A DNA stretch of 64,000 bases. Source: Candidatus Chisholmbacteria bacterium. GTDB taxonomy: Bacteria; Patescibacteriota; Microgenomatia; UBA1400; Chisholmbacteraceae. Every line of letters starts with the position of its first letter. Position 1 is the first letter of the stretch. The notes under the pieces are model-generated. The model saw only the letters and a list, made by a program, of their open reading frames with translations. It made no database searches and was not told where the DNA came from. A program made the translations under genes and the position numbers. Of the stretch, positions 45,501 to 50,112 are shown piece after piece. Where the stretch lies: contig CAVPHZ010000001.1 in assembly GCA_963704905.1 (NCBI GenBank), positions 579,438 to 643,437 of the forward strand, given 5' to 3'.

Positions 45501-48500
45501 TGATGGAGGAACCACGCCAAGCATTACCTTCTATGACTTAGCAACAACAGGAACAGGAACTACCACCATTGCCAACGCAACAACGGTGAACAACGATGTC
45601 TCTGTTGGAACAGGAACCACTCTAAGAGTGAATGCCAACCTGAACATTGATGGTGGAGATCTGACTACGACAACCACAGGAAGTATTGATTACACATCAG
45701 GAACACCAACGGTTGATATTGATGGAACAGGAACTCTGGGAGGCGGGTCAGGATCCATCACTTTCTATACCCTCGACCTGGGAGATGGGACGACTGATAC
45801 TACGACGCTTTCATCTGACATGGCAGCAGATAACCAGGTGACCGTGAACACTGGACAGACGTTCTCCAATGCCTCAAGCAACGTAACCGTGGGAAGCTCA
45901 AGTGTTACAGACTCAGGGAGTATCACTGTGAGTGGTGTGTATAGTCAAGCGGGGGGGATAACCCGAGTCCAATCCTCTGATACATCAACAGTGCCAGTGA
46001 TAGGAGGCTCAGGAACTACTACTTTCTATAACCTAGCGGTAGGAACTGCATCAGACGCTTTAACCTACACGTTTGATTTAGCTAGTGATATCACAGCGAC
46101 TAACGATGTACAAATCACAGATGGAGGGGTGAGTGATACTCATACGCTGGATACAACTGGGAGCAATTTTGATATTGATGTAGGAGGGGATTGGATCAAT
46201 GATGAGGGTACAAGCGGTTTTACCGCTAATGCTTCAACGGTAACATTTACTGGTGTTACTTCTACCCAGCAGGTGTCTGGAACCTCGAGTTTTTATAACT
46301 TCACGGCAACCTTCGGGTCGGGTGCTATAGAGTTTGAACAGAGTCAGACACAGACCATTCTTACCGGTGGAGTGTTCACTATCGCCGGAACAAGCTGTAT
46401 TGATTACATTGATCTCTGGTCACAGTCACCGAGCACGGCTTGGAATATCAATCTGGTTGGCGCTGCTACAGCAAGCGTAAGCTATGTTCGGGTTACTGAT
46501 TCAAATGCAAGTGGAAACCCAATGACTGCGAATAACTCTCATAATGGAGGCGGAAATACTAATTGGACGATTGTGGTTGGTGAGTGTACTGGAACGTCAT
46601 CGTCTCCAACCGCAACTGGATTTTCTTTCCAGAGGAAAACATTTTTTGACAATGTGAACGCGCGGTATTGGTTGTTCTCACATAATGGCAGTGAAATTGA
46701 TATTCGTTATTCAACTGATGATGGTGGAACATGGAATACGGTTGCCGCGCTCTCTTATGATACTAATGACTTTTCTGTGTGGTGGGATCAGATTGGATCA
46801 ACGGAATATGTTTGGCTGGCGGTAGCCAATAACAATGACATTGTCGTAAGACAAGGTTCGCTTGGTCTTTCATCAATAACATGGGATGTGGATGAGTCTG
46901 TTGCCCTTGATGGCACAGGGGCGAGTGATACTTACTCGTATGCTTACCTTAGTATGGATAGCGCTGATTATCTTTGGGTAGGAGCGCGGCATTATGACGG
47001 TACGAATTATCATTATCTCACTGCTGCCACTCATGAGGGAGGTGGTTCGCAGACTGCTGACAGCGATCCATCAACTTGGACTTGGACAGGGGTGCCGCAT
47101 CAACTCACCGATGATCAAGCCAACACTAATGTATATGGTAATGTCGTTGCTTTAAACAACCAAGACATGTATGCAACCTTTGTGACCAATACATCGCTTC
47201 AGGGATGCTGGTGGGATGATAGCGATGGGAAGTGGGAAGACAATAGTGGCAGTTTATGCTCAGTTGTTGGTGATCCTACTATTGAACAACAGATCAACAT
47301 TATTGATCAGGAATATTCGACGACAGGAACGGATCAGCCTGGCAATAATAGTTTGGGGTTGGTTGCTTTTGACTCAGCAGATTACACTGGTGATACGGTC
47401 TATTTTGAGGCGATTATCCGTTGTGATAGTTGCACTGGTGGAAATACTGAGGTTGACGTGGCGCTGGTTGATGATACCAGCACAACGACGGTGACGACTG
47501 TAAGTAGTACATCTTCAACATATACAAGAGTTCGGAGTGGTTCGATATCTCCTACGGCTGATGAATATACTGTCGAAGTCACTCGGGACGCAACAGCAGG
47601 AACTGCCTATGTAAAAGCAGCGAGATTGCTCATTGTGCAAACGAGTGCAACCGATATTGACGATACTGTCAGTATGGTGGAGCTTGGCAACAATGATGCG
47701 ATGTTTGGGGCGCGAGTTCAGAGAGGGGCAACTACGATTTCTGCTGGGAGCGCAAGTGCTAATGCTACGCTCGGGCAGAGTGTCGATATAAGCCGTTCAT
47801 TTGCGATCTGCAGTCCTGGAGAATCTGGTGATACGGCACCAAATTCAATTACGTTTAGCTGCACGCTTTCGAGCAGTCAGCTCACATTTACTCGATATGG
47901 AAGTACTGGGACAGCTGCTTTACTCATAGAGTGGCAGGTAGTTGAGTACGACAATATCAGTGTTCAGACTGGGACAGAGACGTTTAATACCGCCTCAACT
48001 CAGGAGAATTTTACGAGTGGAGAAGGGATGACGGCAGTCCGGCTTGATAAGACATTTGTTGTTCTGACTGCGAGAAGTGATGGGACAAGTTTGAATGATA
48101 ATAATGACCGTTATGTTTCGCCAAATCTTACATCGACTACTAATTTACAACTCTCAAGAAATGCAACTAGCACAAATGTAACAGTAGATTTTTTCATTGT
48201 TGAATTCTTGGATGATACCTACGTTGAGCAATGGTCAGGGTTGACGATTCCTGACGCTGGAAGCACTGATGACTCAGCTAATCTCAGTGGAAGATCTGGG
48301 TCAGGCGTCGACACATCAAGATCATTTGCATTAGGTTATCAACGAGGGAGTTCGACTGATGACCAGGGGATGGATGCGAATACCATGACGCTTGAACTGA
48401 TTGATGCTGATACTGTTCGAGCTACGAGAACTGGATCGACATCAGGGTATGGAAATATGGAGGTTGAAGGTTGGGTGGTCGAGCTTCCGCAAGAGGGAAG

Positions 48501-50064
48501 TGGAGATACAGGTTCGAATGTTGAGACGTTATCGACTGGGGACTGGACATCATGTGGTGTGGATTTAACCCTCACTGATCGAGTTGATGTCAACCGGTCG
48601 TTTGTGTGGGGAACGACTCGAGATTCTGGGGGTGGACAAGCGTATGATCGAGCCGAGGCTTCGTTCCAATTGACAAATGAAAACACAGCTAGGGTGGATT
48701 GTGTAGACCCAGCAAATACCGACGCCTTTACTGGATTTGCTGTGATGTTCCCGGATTGGCGAGATGTGAGTGATCAAAAGATCTATCAGTTTGAATCTAC
48801 TGACTTTACATCTGGTTCTCTGACTACCTATTTTGAAGCAACGCTGGCATCAAGTGAATCAACCGCCTCAGCTCAAGCTAGGCTCTACAACATCACAGAT
48901 AATGAAGCAGTATCAGGGAGTACAGTAACCGTTTCCGGAACTACATGGGATAGGCAGCGGAGCAGTGCATTGACGATTGGTGCGTCGGCTGGAAATTTGC
49001 AAAGTGGAGATGAGTACATCGTGCAGCTTTCTTACGAATCGGGAGTTGAAACACAGGCAGCAAACGCGAAGCTAGTTTTAGAGCAAGATGGTGGAGGATC
49101 TGGTTTAACAACAACAGAGATTATTCATCAGTACAACAACACTCTGGCTACAGACAATGACAGTACGTATACGGCACAGAACTTTGATAATGAGTTTAAT
49201 CTTCAAGATTTTGATGGGGGAGATTTCGCTGGCTATTTTGAAACGACGATACAGACGAATAACCCGAGCAATGCTTACTATGCTCGGCTTGATATACCTG
49301 CTGGTGAAAGGACAGCAAGTGATGTTGAGTACACAAGATCTCGAAGTGCTGATGTTTGGTCAAGCTTACCAGGCAGTGCAACTGATATTGATATTGAGCT
49401 GCGGAATGCATCAACCTCTACCACCTCATCTTCAAATTCCTGGATGGTGATTGAAGTTACGAATCTTGGAAATCTGAGTGGAGGAAACCAAGACGTTATC
49501 GATAGTGTTCCAACGGGTCTAGCTAATAATTTCTCAACTGTGGTTGATACAACCAATTACGATGTCCATCTTTTGTATGTTGATGATGAGGCAACTGACC
49601 AGGTTTCCTATCGGCGCTGGAATAATTCAGTTACCCCGAGTTGGGATGCATCTGCAGTTAATCTTGATGCTTCAAATGATGATGCGTACGTAACGCTCTC
49701 ATTGGATTATGATGCTGGAGACCTGTATGCAATATGGATAGATACTGCAACGGGTTATATTTACTATCGTCAATGTGACGTGCCAATTGGACCAGCGGAT
49801 TGTTCAGCTGCAGGGAATTGGCAGAGTGAGGTAGCTTGGCAAACTGATGGGACGAGTACAAATATTTCAAGTAATTATTCAGGAGGCACGCACATATTCG
49901 CAACTTGGACCCGAGGAGCTAGTGATCCCTACACAGTAATGTGGGATATTATCTTAATTCCTGAGCAACTGTGGTTGTTTATAGGAGTAGCACCAATACT
50001 ACCACTGTTACTTAAGCGTCTTAGGGAAAAGAAAGCATATGCAAAAGTTAGAAACCAGACATAA
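24586..50064 (+). CDS. Giant multidomain protein (8,492 aa): tandem IS481/IS3-like HTH modules, cellulose-synthase-like family 2 glycosyltransferase, giant repetitive ectodomain, C-terminal exosortase-type sorting signal
   Basis: Uninterrupted ORF. HTH: LSAQERLAIIRRVEQGEPVDQVCASVGVSRTLFYKWKKRY twice. GT2: SVHLPMYNE, VADDSTD, GYKGAAL, IFDADF, TEDF, QRMRW, WFRTPK, flanked by TM helices. Thr/Ser/Gly/Asp-rich repeats follow. The protein ends IPEQLWLFIGVAPILPLLLKRLREKK. Confidence 0.9.
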   Translation: MKSQKRRVKRLNNAFYYFIQRIDAVSLKRQLKSFKHIRDRFRDRPSPSNDREVQVGDHSQTPPDVLDQSTREKEIVNIAWRDPGVSVDELADKIRLRQWGHDITNDLVYQTLLAYGIAEKEHRLRWAQDHQYDFTEAWNALIPTAKRKTTTGKLSAQERLAIIRRVEQGEPVDQVCASVGVSRTLFYKWKKRYDTVKTEAWKRTFGFTRGTLDERELLAVLESQPASKPVVYGGQATAEQVRAVLETVVKNPDWGVGKIYKHLPKEDGKPIIGRHGVQKILERENLRSIEERRYWVSTQPKKGSTEDTQIIKLAWQDPGLSVEDLVDKIRLRQWGHDITNDLVYQTLLAYGIAEKEHRLRWAQDHQYDFTEAWNALIPTAKRKTTTGKLSAQERLAIIRRVEQGEPVDQVCASVGVSRTLFYKWKKRYDTVKTEAWKRTFGFTRGTLDERELLAVLESQPASKPVVYGGQATAEQVRAVLETVVKNPDWGVGKIYKHLPKEDGKPIIGRHGVQKILERENLNTFTKRQSWISSQPAFAPEPTGVRPELSWQDRIKLATDEFIPSRAPAPPPGQSALLYYFSFYSPYLFIALFVFTGLFGFGYLLGHAQDSSQAIGWFFASVALTMGAFFFLYSMKYYLTLAIVLSYTREGSVPFESERDTAREGTLIERLFGLSLRKESGEEHLGELPRKAGGLEPNVDEIHLERYPFISVHLPMYNEKHVAERLLRAATSFDYPAYEVIVADDSTDETKDIVMRFADHWNKNKKPGQPVVKISHRETRAGYKGAALQLALQRTDQRAEFVTIFDADFVPYPDSLTLFVKYFKHSAGTLDYQSEKFQVRQAHKSGAKSEWSVDVDEKTRVAAVQGYQWHVLNKSENWVTRGVRTEYSGSYVIERSGEELYGGMKQISGSVYMIRRDLLERFGWGTSITEDFEMTLRLYEAGYRVVYTPYIQAPSECVSTLKRLFRQRMRWAEGHSFNVKKRFWPLMTSDNLTKNEKFEFLYLTPYYLQAAFFLIGTISWLLSETLFAARLPFWTTVWGWSLVFTNMLSLPLMNGIGLFLEEAEERDFLGLFSFVLLSYLLVPFQAYASVKGFVQDEEGPWFRTPKSGKVTDILRRGKFARFLRYILQQQFASAKMQGRLREGALAAYPVPAFAMARSSAKLPIGGFSIKRRQARWIGKLVISFMLILTTTLVSFAPYVQSLSSVGLPPTGSGVILSPDMSSKDKPVPTSERRSSISLPNFVNEAFAAEEEGDVLVVEYTGGVRVTSPKHDFSRAETPQFVVERNEPFLQNLWKGVRRLFGRADDTGMQIRLRDSKGQAVEDFETSGMGEDVFDVRLPTELQYKPGKYQLVVEYDGKTIEQDFTWGVLAVNTNKSIYLPGDSAQLSMAVLDDEGRMVCNADVTLKVSFPSGEVAYRSTDDGTIQVNRGCLKREMILEPDYETEIEVGGVGVYQMELTAKTLDGERKVYDSFEVKESVLFDVERDSATRIYPKEIYPVTINITANQNFTGQVIETVPEGFRIAENEEYRLQQLENGRTEIIWDVDWRTGDQVTIAYPYNAPNRSPDFYLVGPLRIENNGEEVFSEARRWQIAADWTTEIPHTSLFTETDDTGANTTVDVYEDVDNTTISHATLNGDGFGDTEQVLLIANVNFDGNDANAVYGFRIADTAGNPVANTTVRREVRTADDRQEIQRIMTRTNKVSGEGFVLQKAFHTAGQTTPNILKASIVVLGLGNLTENVDYVYDDDTSTTALSTTAATFATITTPASDNRWQGDVLVMDHWKADGNTTSQSLQHGLRRDTDSLVNITRQEGEDSNDLYGGGSIYVYNNADTSAHTYDVRMYTSAGTSFSHNYSSIIAFRASLFEDFEWNNTDTESIPGDTNFNEMAGITPFSPQNSGEFVVMGFAVGESNAVANSDDVRIRLQVDGTNVPSGYDDSTNGTMLEDPDDLYGINLASLETFDTSSKDIDMDAATDVTTVGFSYRTLVAFSMGLAPTISISGSCDQYDRSTDCVDDGSNEIRVAVDGVLQGQSDTVVDGAWSITGVPTPAGGAVITVFINGETTASERATTVTEYSGVGNITAVPLYQRHLVIGSDQDQTTTNTDLQQYDYSASGNDVDVIYDVNNATNDLTVDNLGSYSDETLLILSGDTYIPDSGSSGNVATHDFETSGTVTADGNAFTVSGSWDNNSVFTANTSTVSMTATSGTETIDSTGASTAAFNTLNLGSGSGTATWNIGSALDVDGALTIDWGTLDMNGANNINLANNLTINANGNYTSGTGTVTFDGSGTNTWTDNRATKANMGTVSINGTSKTINFGSSVTAASVNVAGSQTLGLGSSGYTLTLTGTGTPFTVTGTLDEGTDSTVVYTGNGVTTIVAETYDNLSVHPGGTVTHTLAAGTFNINGDFSVGDGTNTGTIQANTNDPAITISGSMTINANATYEAASLVANDLTIGNDFTNNGTFTHNSGSIVFNDASNTSTLLYSGTTTFGTFEVTTDSKAIEFDNVDQTTIVDAFTINGQACGTKITINSDTGAAQFEIQTSGATVSVTYADIQYSNALTAMSATNSANSGNNTGWTITEDTCASMSLSGNVYNFGTSTALTECDASGATFELRLRIQTTTYSASCSNTDGSYTFTGISIPTVGDGMVLWIDDAEVPETDGALVVRFDGVQPSPNNTFYDDAVTVTSDDTNPVDILHMNVYDNGQDSDIPYTATDASPDTLVVNSGYEFLVQLKSGVASGSTVFQPNGTVTTNATGGDFHIDDNATAFLDTDTNTIGRDILIDGGARLNIDGDTNVNGGDITMSGTSPRIDTTAGTPTVTMTSTGSIGGGTTPTTTFHNLATTGTGTTTVTNSTTTNGDVTVGTGTTFTVNADLTVNGGDFTNTTTGVINTTSGTPTVTMSGTGNLGGGSGSVTLFDLTTSGSGTTTIASTVTTNNDVSVGAGTTLRINNNLNIDGGDLTTTSTGIIDYTSGIPTVDLDGTGTLGGGSGSITLYTLDLGDTTTDTTTLSSTIAADNQIIINTNQTFTVGSNNVTVGSSSVTDSGNISNSGTYTQTGGTTTIQSSDTSTAPTIGGSGTSTFNNLDIGPTTADNLTYTFNTAGDITVSNLLTIQDAGGADTHTLDGQNDTISLPASGTPFVVDSNAVFSANTSTVSYTGTSATSVASTTYYTLNIGTTANSSTLTYTLLGDTGVDNVLTIGASSGTGVHTLDASSFSLTMGGAGTPLVINSQGLFDESTSTVNFTGDGATTVNARAYYNLEIGNDGSLGAGRTYTSAAGTITIASNLAVGAPTGSFTHIFDVNTNDTTITVSDSVTITSLGNYSASSNVSNPLTIANDFTNNGTFTHNSGLVVFDTAANISTLTYSGNTTFNDLSMTTVGKPMSFDAAQQTIIAGTFTITGASCGNLTPLSSETSGNQWDIDIQGSAAVTFVYITDSNAITSASASNSTDGGNNTGWNISKGSCASSVTGEVAIYREDTGLEDVSDTTQFDHQWDTIVTEGASFDLNDTGGSPDYASVDLADAGHYLVLYNAGWQRVDTTDTRTETQAWIDLAGTDIQYGRSTCYIRSSGNANECWQSGAAIINATAGQDIKIEGQRTDSSTFTQERTAQEAGLQLIKLDDTWGYARIHENTGGQSFNTNGGYDAVTWDDNTDELDAGFFAHSSSTNSEEITLKLDGHYLVSANVMLQSDSTTYRRNRDMRLTLGDGTTQTEIEGTRVTSYMRGSNGAQDHVASFVGIINASAGDVLELEIGCIRNEDTTNSCAGVTNIGNQSGITIAKLPDSADYVRIHDDAVQDIDDATPAPILWEDSGEEEEDAGSFSHSGGSSQVNIDYSSSADYLFFSNQYADRTSDTNGTRAYPHWNWRTSGSSTLQYGSFGKYNRGDNGSTGTWTSGNSGGAILLGLTSSDYVETLNTEEANGATDTAGEFQVNRSAIQGVNLNTLLQAFIDITGTCDQYDRSTDCVDDGSNEIRVAFDGVLQTSLDSAVDGAWQISGLTAPSTGAVMTVFINGETTASERATAVTTYSGSGSVGSVTLYQRHLTIGSDQDQEVTNTNLQQYDYSASGNDVDVIYDVADATNDLTVDNLGNYTDEVLLVLAGDTYRPDSASSGNVATHDLETSGTVTADGNTFTVSGSWDNNDVFTANTSTVTMTATSGTESIDSSGASTATFNTLNLGSGSGTATWNMGSALDVDGALTIDWGTLDMNGANNITLANNLTINSNGSYTKGTSTITFDGSGTNTWTDNNSTKVDMGAVSINGSSKIINLGSSVNATSVDVAASQTLGLASSGYSLTLLGSGTAGSRPFIVSGNLDEGTNSLVTYAGTAATDIQAETYHDLTLAPSAAGGPSFRLGTASSQTIDVDGDLVVGDGTNAVTILANTFDPTINLAEDLTLNANSTWTKSPTATLTFNSTTTPVTWTDNNSTKQDIGIVSIDGPKEVDLGTSVTATTINVTGGDTLDLQSLGYVLQITGSGTGGSRPLIVAGTLSEGIDSLVEFVGTSATDIEAEIYHDLEADQSGTTFTAFGNIEASGVLTIQNGTYDGSSFTTTLSGTGTPFVINDTFTPSTSTISYTGNGATTITSTTYYTLSVGTSNSANITYSAGGALVVNNQLNLQSAAATFNNTLSVGANDLTVGLSGVTNSGGISVPLRSSLTQSASATTSIRSSSGGSASIGGDGSIQFFNLTFDPSVASAPTFTLGNGASQTIDVDRNLTVGNGTNPVIIQWETNDPTLTVGGNLLLSNNSTWTKSTTATLTFDGATTPVTWTDNNGTKQDLGDVSIDGPKEVDIGGSVTATSVDVTGGDTLDLQSLGYTLSLTGTGTPFTVGGTLSEGTDSTVRYIGNGSTNITAETYDKLSIHPGGTVTHTIQTGTLTVNGDLSIGDGSNTGTIEANTNDPTITVAGSMTINANGIYQASSNTLNPLTIGDDFTNNGTFTHNSGRIVFNDSGNTSTLLYAGNTTFGAFDVTSASKAMAFDSADQTIITGALTINGAACGTPITLSSATGGNQWDVDAQGSVSVDYVTLTDSNAITAVSATNSTSGGNNSNWTIDGGTCADNWEGIAYTNDDEATPLSAVSVCAVVNSGTPVCETTNGSGVFTIVSQDASATDQLTFFVDGGVDVGNTVTISDGGDITTGDNLRLYEDHVTLRHEQGTDISIVDLDAYDNDQNSTDMLYDAEDLATDTLVIESGYELFIYNSYTFDADGTVTTQGAGGNLQVDNSATAILDTTSNTIASDLIIDSGATCTINGDTSINGGDITMSGTSPVLNTTAGTPTVTMSSTGSIDGGTTPSITFYDLATTGTGTTTIANATTVNNDVSVGTGTTLRVNANLNIDGGDLTTTTTGSIDYTSGTPTVDIDGTGTLGGGSGSITFYTLDLGDGTTDTTTLSSNISVDNSITVNASQTLNISSNDVTVGSSSVTDSGSINVSGIYSQSGGTTTVQSSDTSTAPVIGGSGTSTFYNLDIGPSTADNLTYTFDTASDINVSSILTIQDAGGADTHTLDVQNDTVTLFGSGTPFVVDSNAIFNENTSTVSYTGASATNVTAETYYNLNIGTTANSSNVTYTLAGDTTVSNILTIGASSGTGTHTLDGSNRTVMLSGTGTPLVINSQGDYEESTSTVNYTGDGATNVTVNGYYHLEIGNNGSLGADRTYTSAGGTVTVGGNLTVGAPSGVRTHTLEVNTNDTTVAITGSLAITTLGIYSASSNTANPLTIGNDFTNNGTFTHNSGRIIFNDVSQTSTLLYSGTTIFSTFEVTTAGKFMEFDNVDQTTITAAVTIDGQGCGSLVEINSDTGAAQFEIQTSGATVSIDRARIQWSNALTAMTANDSKDGGNNTGWTINEGACADMEVTGFVYDFGTSTALTECDGSGATFELRLRVLTTTYSASCSAADGSYTFSGVVIPSTGDGLVVWIDDVEAPETDGALVTRFDGTKPSSDNVFYDDAVTVTSDDTNPADIIDMDVYDNGDDSDIPYSATDAATDTLVVNSGYELLVQLKSGVASGSTVFDPNGTVTTNATGGDFHIDDNATAFLDTATNTIGRDIEIDGGARLNINGSTDVNGGDITLSGSSPRVDTTAGTPTVTMSSTGTIGGGTTPTIAFYNLATSGSGTTTISNTATVNNDVSVGAGTTLRVNANLNVDGGDLTTTTTGSIDHTSGTPTIDIDGTGILGGGSGSITFYNLDLGDGTSDTTTLASTITVDNQITINSDQTFTVGSNSVNVGSGSVTDSGTISVASSGVFNQSGGTTTVTSSDGSTAPTLGGAGTTTFYNFTLGSTSDARTYTFDATGDITVSNNITLTDPGIGDSHNLDVQGNDVDVGSGSVTDSGSITVPSRSRYIQGTSGTTTIHSSDNSTAPILGGAGDTTFYNLIIGNTSDALTITVDFSGSIEVLNGLIVTDPGVGDIHTLDALGNDLTVGSSGATDSGDIIVALNAVFTQSSSGTTTVSSSDTSTAPLLGGGGTTTFYTLNVGSTTADNLTYTFSTAGNITVSNVLTIQDAGGADTHTLSASDDTVTLTGTGTPFVVDSNASFTESTSTVNYIGDGSTNVAAEGYYNLEIGNSASLGTGRTYTSQTGTITASNNLLVGAPSGSFTHLFEVNTNDTTITVSADVEITALGSFSASSNTANPLTIGDDLTNNGTFTHNSGRIVFNDSGNTSTLLYAGNTTFGAFDVTSASKAMAFDSADQTIITGTLTINGTACGTPITLSSATGGNQWDVDAQGSVSVDYVTLTDSNAITAVSATNSTSGGNNSNWTISGGTCADNWEGIAYTNDDEATPLSAVSVCAVVNSGTPVCENTNGSGVFTIVSQDASATDQLTFFVDGGATFGNTTTISDGGDITTGDNLRLYEDHVTLRHEQGTDISIVDLDAYDNDQNSTDMLYDAEDLATDTLVIESGYELFIYNSYTFDADGTVTTQGAGGNLQVDNSATAILDTTSNTIASDLIIDSGATCTLNGDTSINGGDITMSGTSPVLNTTAGTPTVTMSSTGSIDGGTTPSITFYDLATTGTGTTTIANATTVNNDVSVGTGTTLRVNANLNIDGGDLTTTTTGSIDYTSGTPTVDIDGTGTLGGGSGSITFYTLDLGDGTTDTTTLSSDMAADNQVTVNTGQTFSNASSNVTVGSSSVTDSGSITVSGVYSQAGGITRVQSSDTSTVPVIGGSGTTTFYNLAVGTASDALTYTFDLASDITATNDVQITDGGVSDTHTLDTTGSNFDIDVGGDWINDEGTSGFTANASTVTFTGVTSTQQVSGTSSFYNFTATFGSGAIEFEQSQTQTILTGGVFTIAGTSCIDYIDLWSQSPSTAWNINLVGAATASVSYVRVTDSNASGNPMTANNSHNGGGNTNWTIVVGECTGTSSSPTATGFSFQRKTFFDNVNARYWLFSHNGSEIDIRYSTDDGGTWNTVAALSYDTNDFSVWWDQIGSTEYVWLAVANNNDIVVRQGSLGLSSITWDVDESVALDGTGASDTYSYAYLSMDSADYLWVGARHYDGTNYHYLTAATHEGGGSQTADSDPSTWTWTGVPHQLTDDQANTNVYGNVVALNNQDMYATFVTNTSLQGCWWDDSDGKWEDNSGSLCSVVGDPTIEQQINIIDQEYSTTGTDQPGNNSLGLVAFDSADYTGDTVYFEAIIRCDSCTGGNTEVDVALVDDTSTTTVTTVSSTSSTYTRVRSGSISPTADEYTVEVTRDATAGTAYVKAARLLIVQTSATDIDDTVSMVELGNNDAMFGARVQRGATTISAGSASANATLGQSVDISRSFAICSPGESGDTAPNSITFSCTLSSSQLTFTRYGSTGTAALLIEWQVVEYDNISVQTGTETFNTASTQENFTSGEGMTAVRLDKTFVVLTARSDGTSLNDNNDRYVSPNLTSTTNLQLSRNATSTNVTVDFFIVEFLDDTYVEQWSGLTIPDAGSTDDSANLSGRSGSGVDTSRSFALGYQRGSSTDDQGMDANTMTLELIDADTVRATRTGSTSGYGNMEVEGWVVELPQEGSGDTGSNVETLSTGDWTSCGVDLTLTDRVDVNRSFVWGTTRDSGGGQAYDRAEASFQLTNENTARVDCVDPANTDAFTGFAVMFPDWRDVSDQKIYQFESTDFTSGSLTTYFEATLASSESTASAQARLYNITDNEAVSGSTVTVSGTTWDRQRSSALTIGASAGNLQSGDEYIVQLSYESGVETQAANAKLVLEQDGGGSGLTTTEIIHQYNNTLATDNDSTYTAQNFDNEFNLQDFDGGDFAGYFETTIQTNNPSNAYYARLDIPAGERTASDVEYTRSRSADVWSSLPGSATDIDIELRNASTSTTSSSNSWMVIEVTNLGNLSGGNQDVIDSVPTGLANNFSTVVDTTNYDVHLLYVDDEATDQVSYRRWNNSVTPSWDASAVNLDASNDDAYVTLSLDYDAGDLYAIWIDTATGYIYYRQCDVPIGPADCSAAGNWQSEVAWQTDGTSTNISSNYSGGTHIFATWTRGASDPYTVMWDIILIPEQLWLFIGVAPILPLLLKRLREKKAYAKVRNQT
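24859..26144 (+). repeat. 581-bp direct repeat (24859-25439 and 25564-26144), period 705 bp
   Basis: Both copies run from gacaaaatacgcctcc to ttttggagcgggagaa with no mismatch found by eye; in frame (235 codons). Confidence 0.9.
30580..42900 (+). repeat. Older intragenic duplications in the ectodomain
   Basis: CDQYDRSTDCVDDGSNEIRV block at 30580 and 36421; TALTECDxSGATFELRLR block at ~32365 and ~42125. Protein is near-identical with many synonymous differences. Confidence 0.85.
39341..45816 (+). repeat. ~1.38-kb near-identical direct repeat (39341-40719 and 44438-45816), offset 5,097 bp
   Basis: Both copies start tcaccaacaatggtactttcacc and end tacgacgctttcatct. Scattered substitutions in the first half, almost none in the second half. 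Confidence 0.9.
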
Positions 50065-50112
50065 TCAGTAAGAATGCATAGATTTATTGACCATATATAA
50101 AATGAGGAGATC

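Noticed and set aside
1072-49903. Many 60-230 aa minus-strand and alternate-frame ORFs within the two giant genes
   Set aside because: Shadow ORFs caused by the biased codon content of the repetitive + strand genes; they repeat with the same period and show no independent motifs.
2-50064. Labelling the giants as RTX toxins, autotransporters or filamentous haemagglutinins
   Set aside because: No tandem GGxGxD nonapeptide arrays, no C-terminal beta-barrel and no type I or two-partner secretion genes in the window; the resemblance is compositional only.
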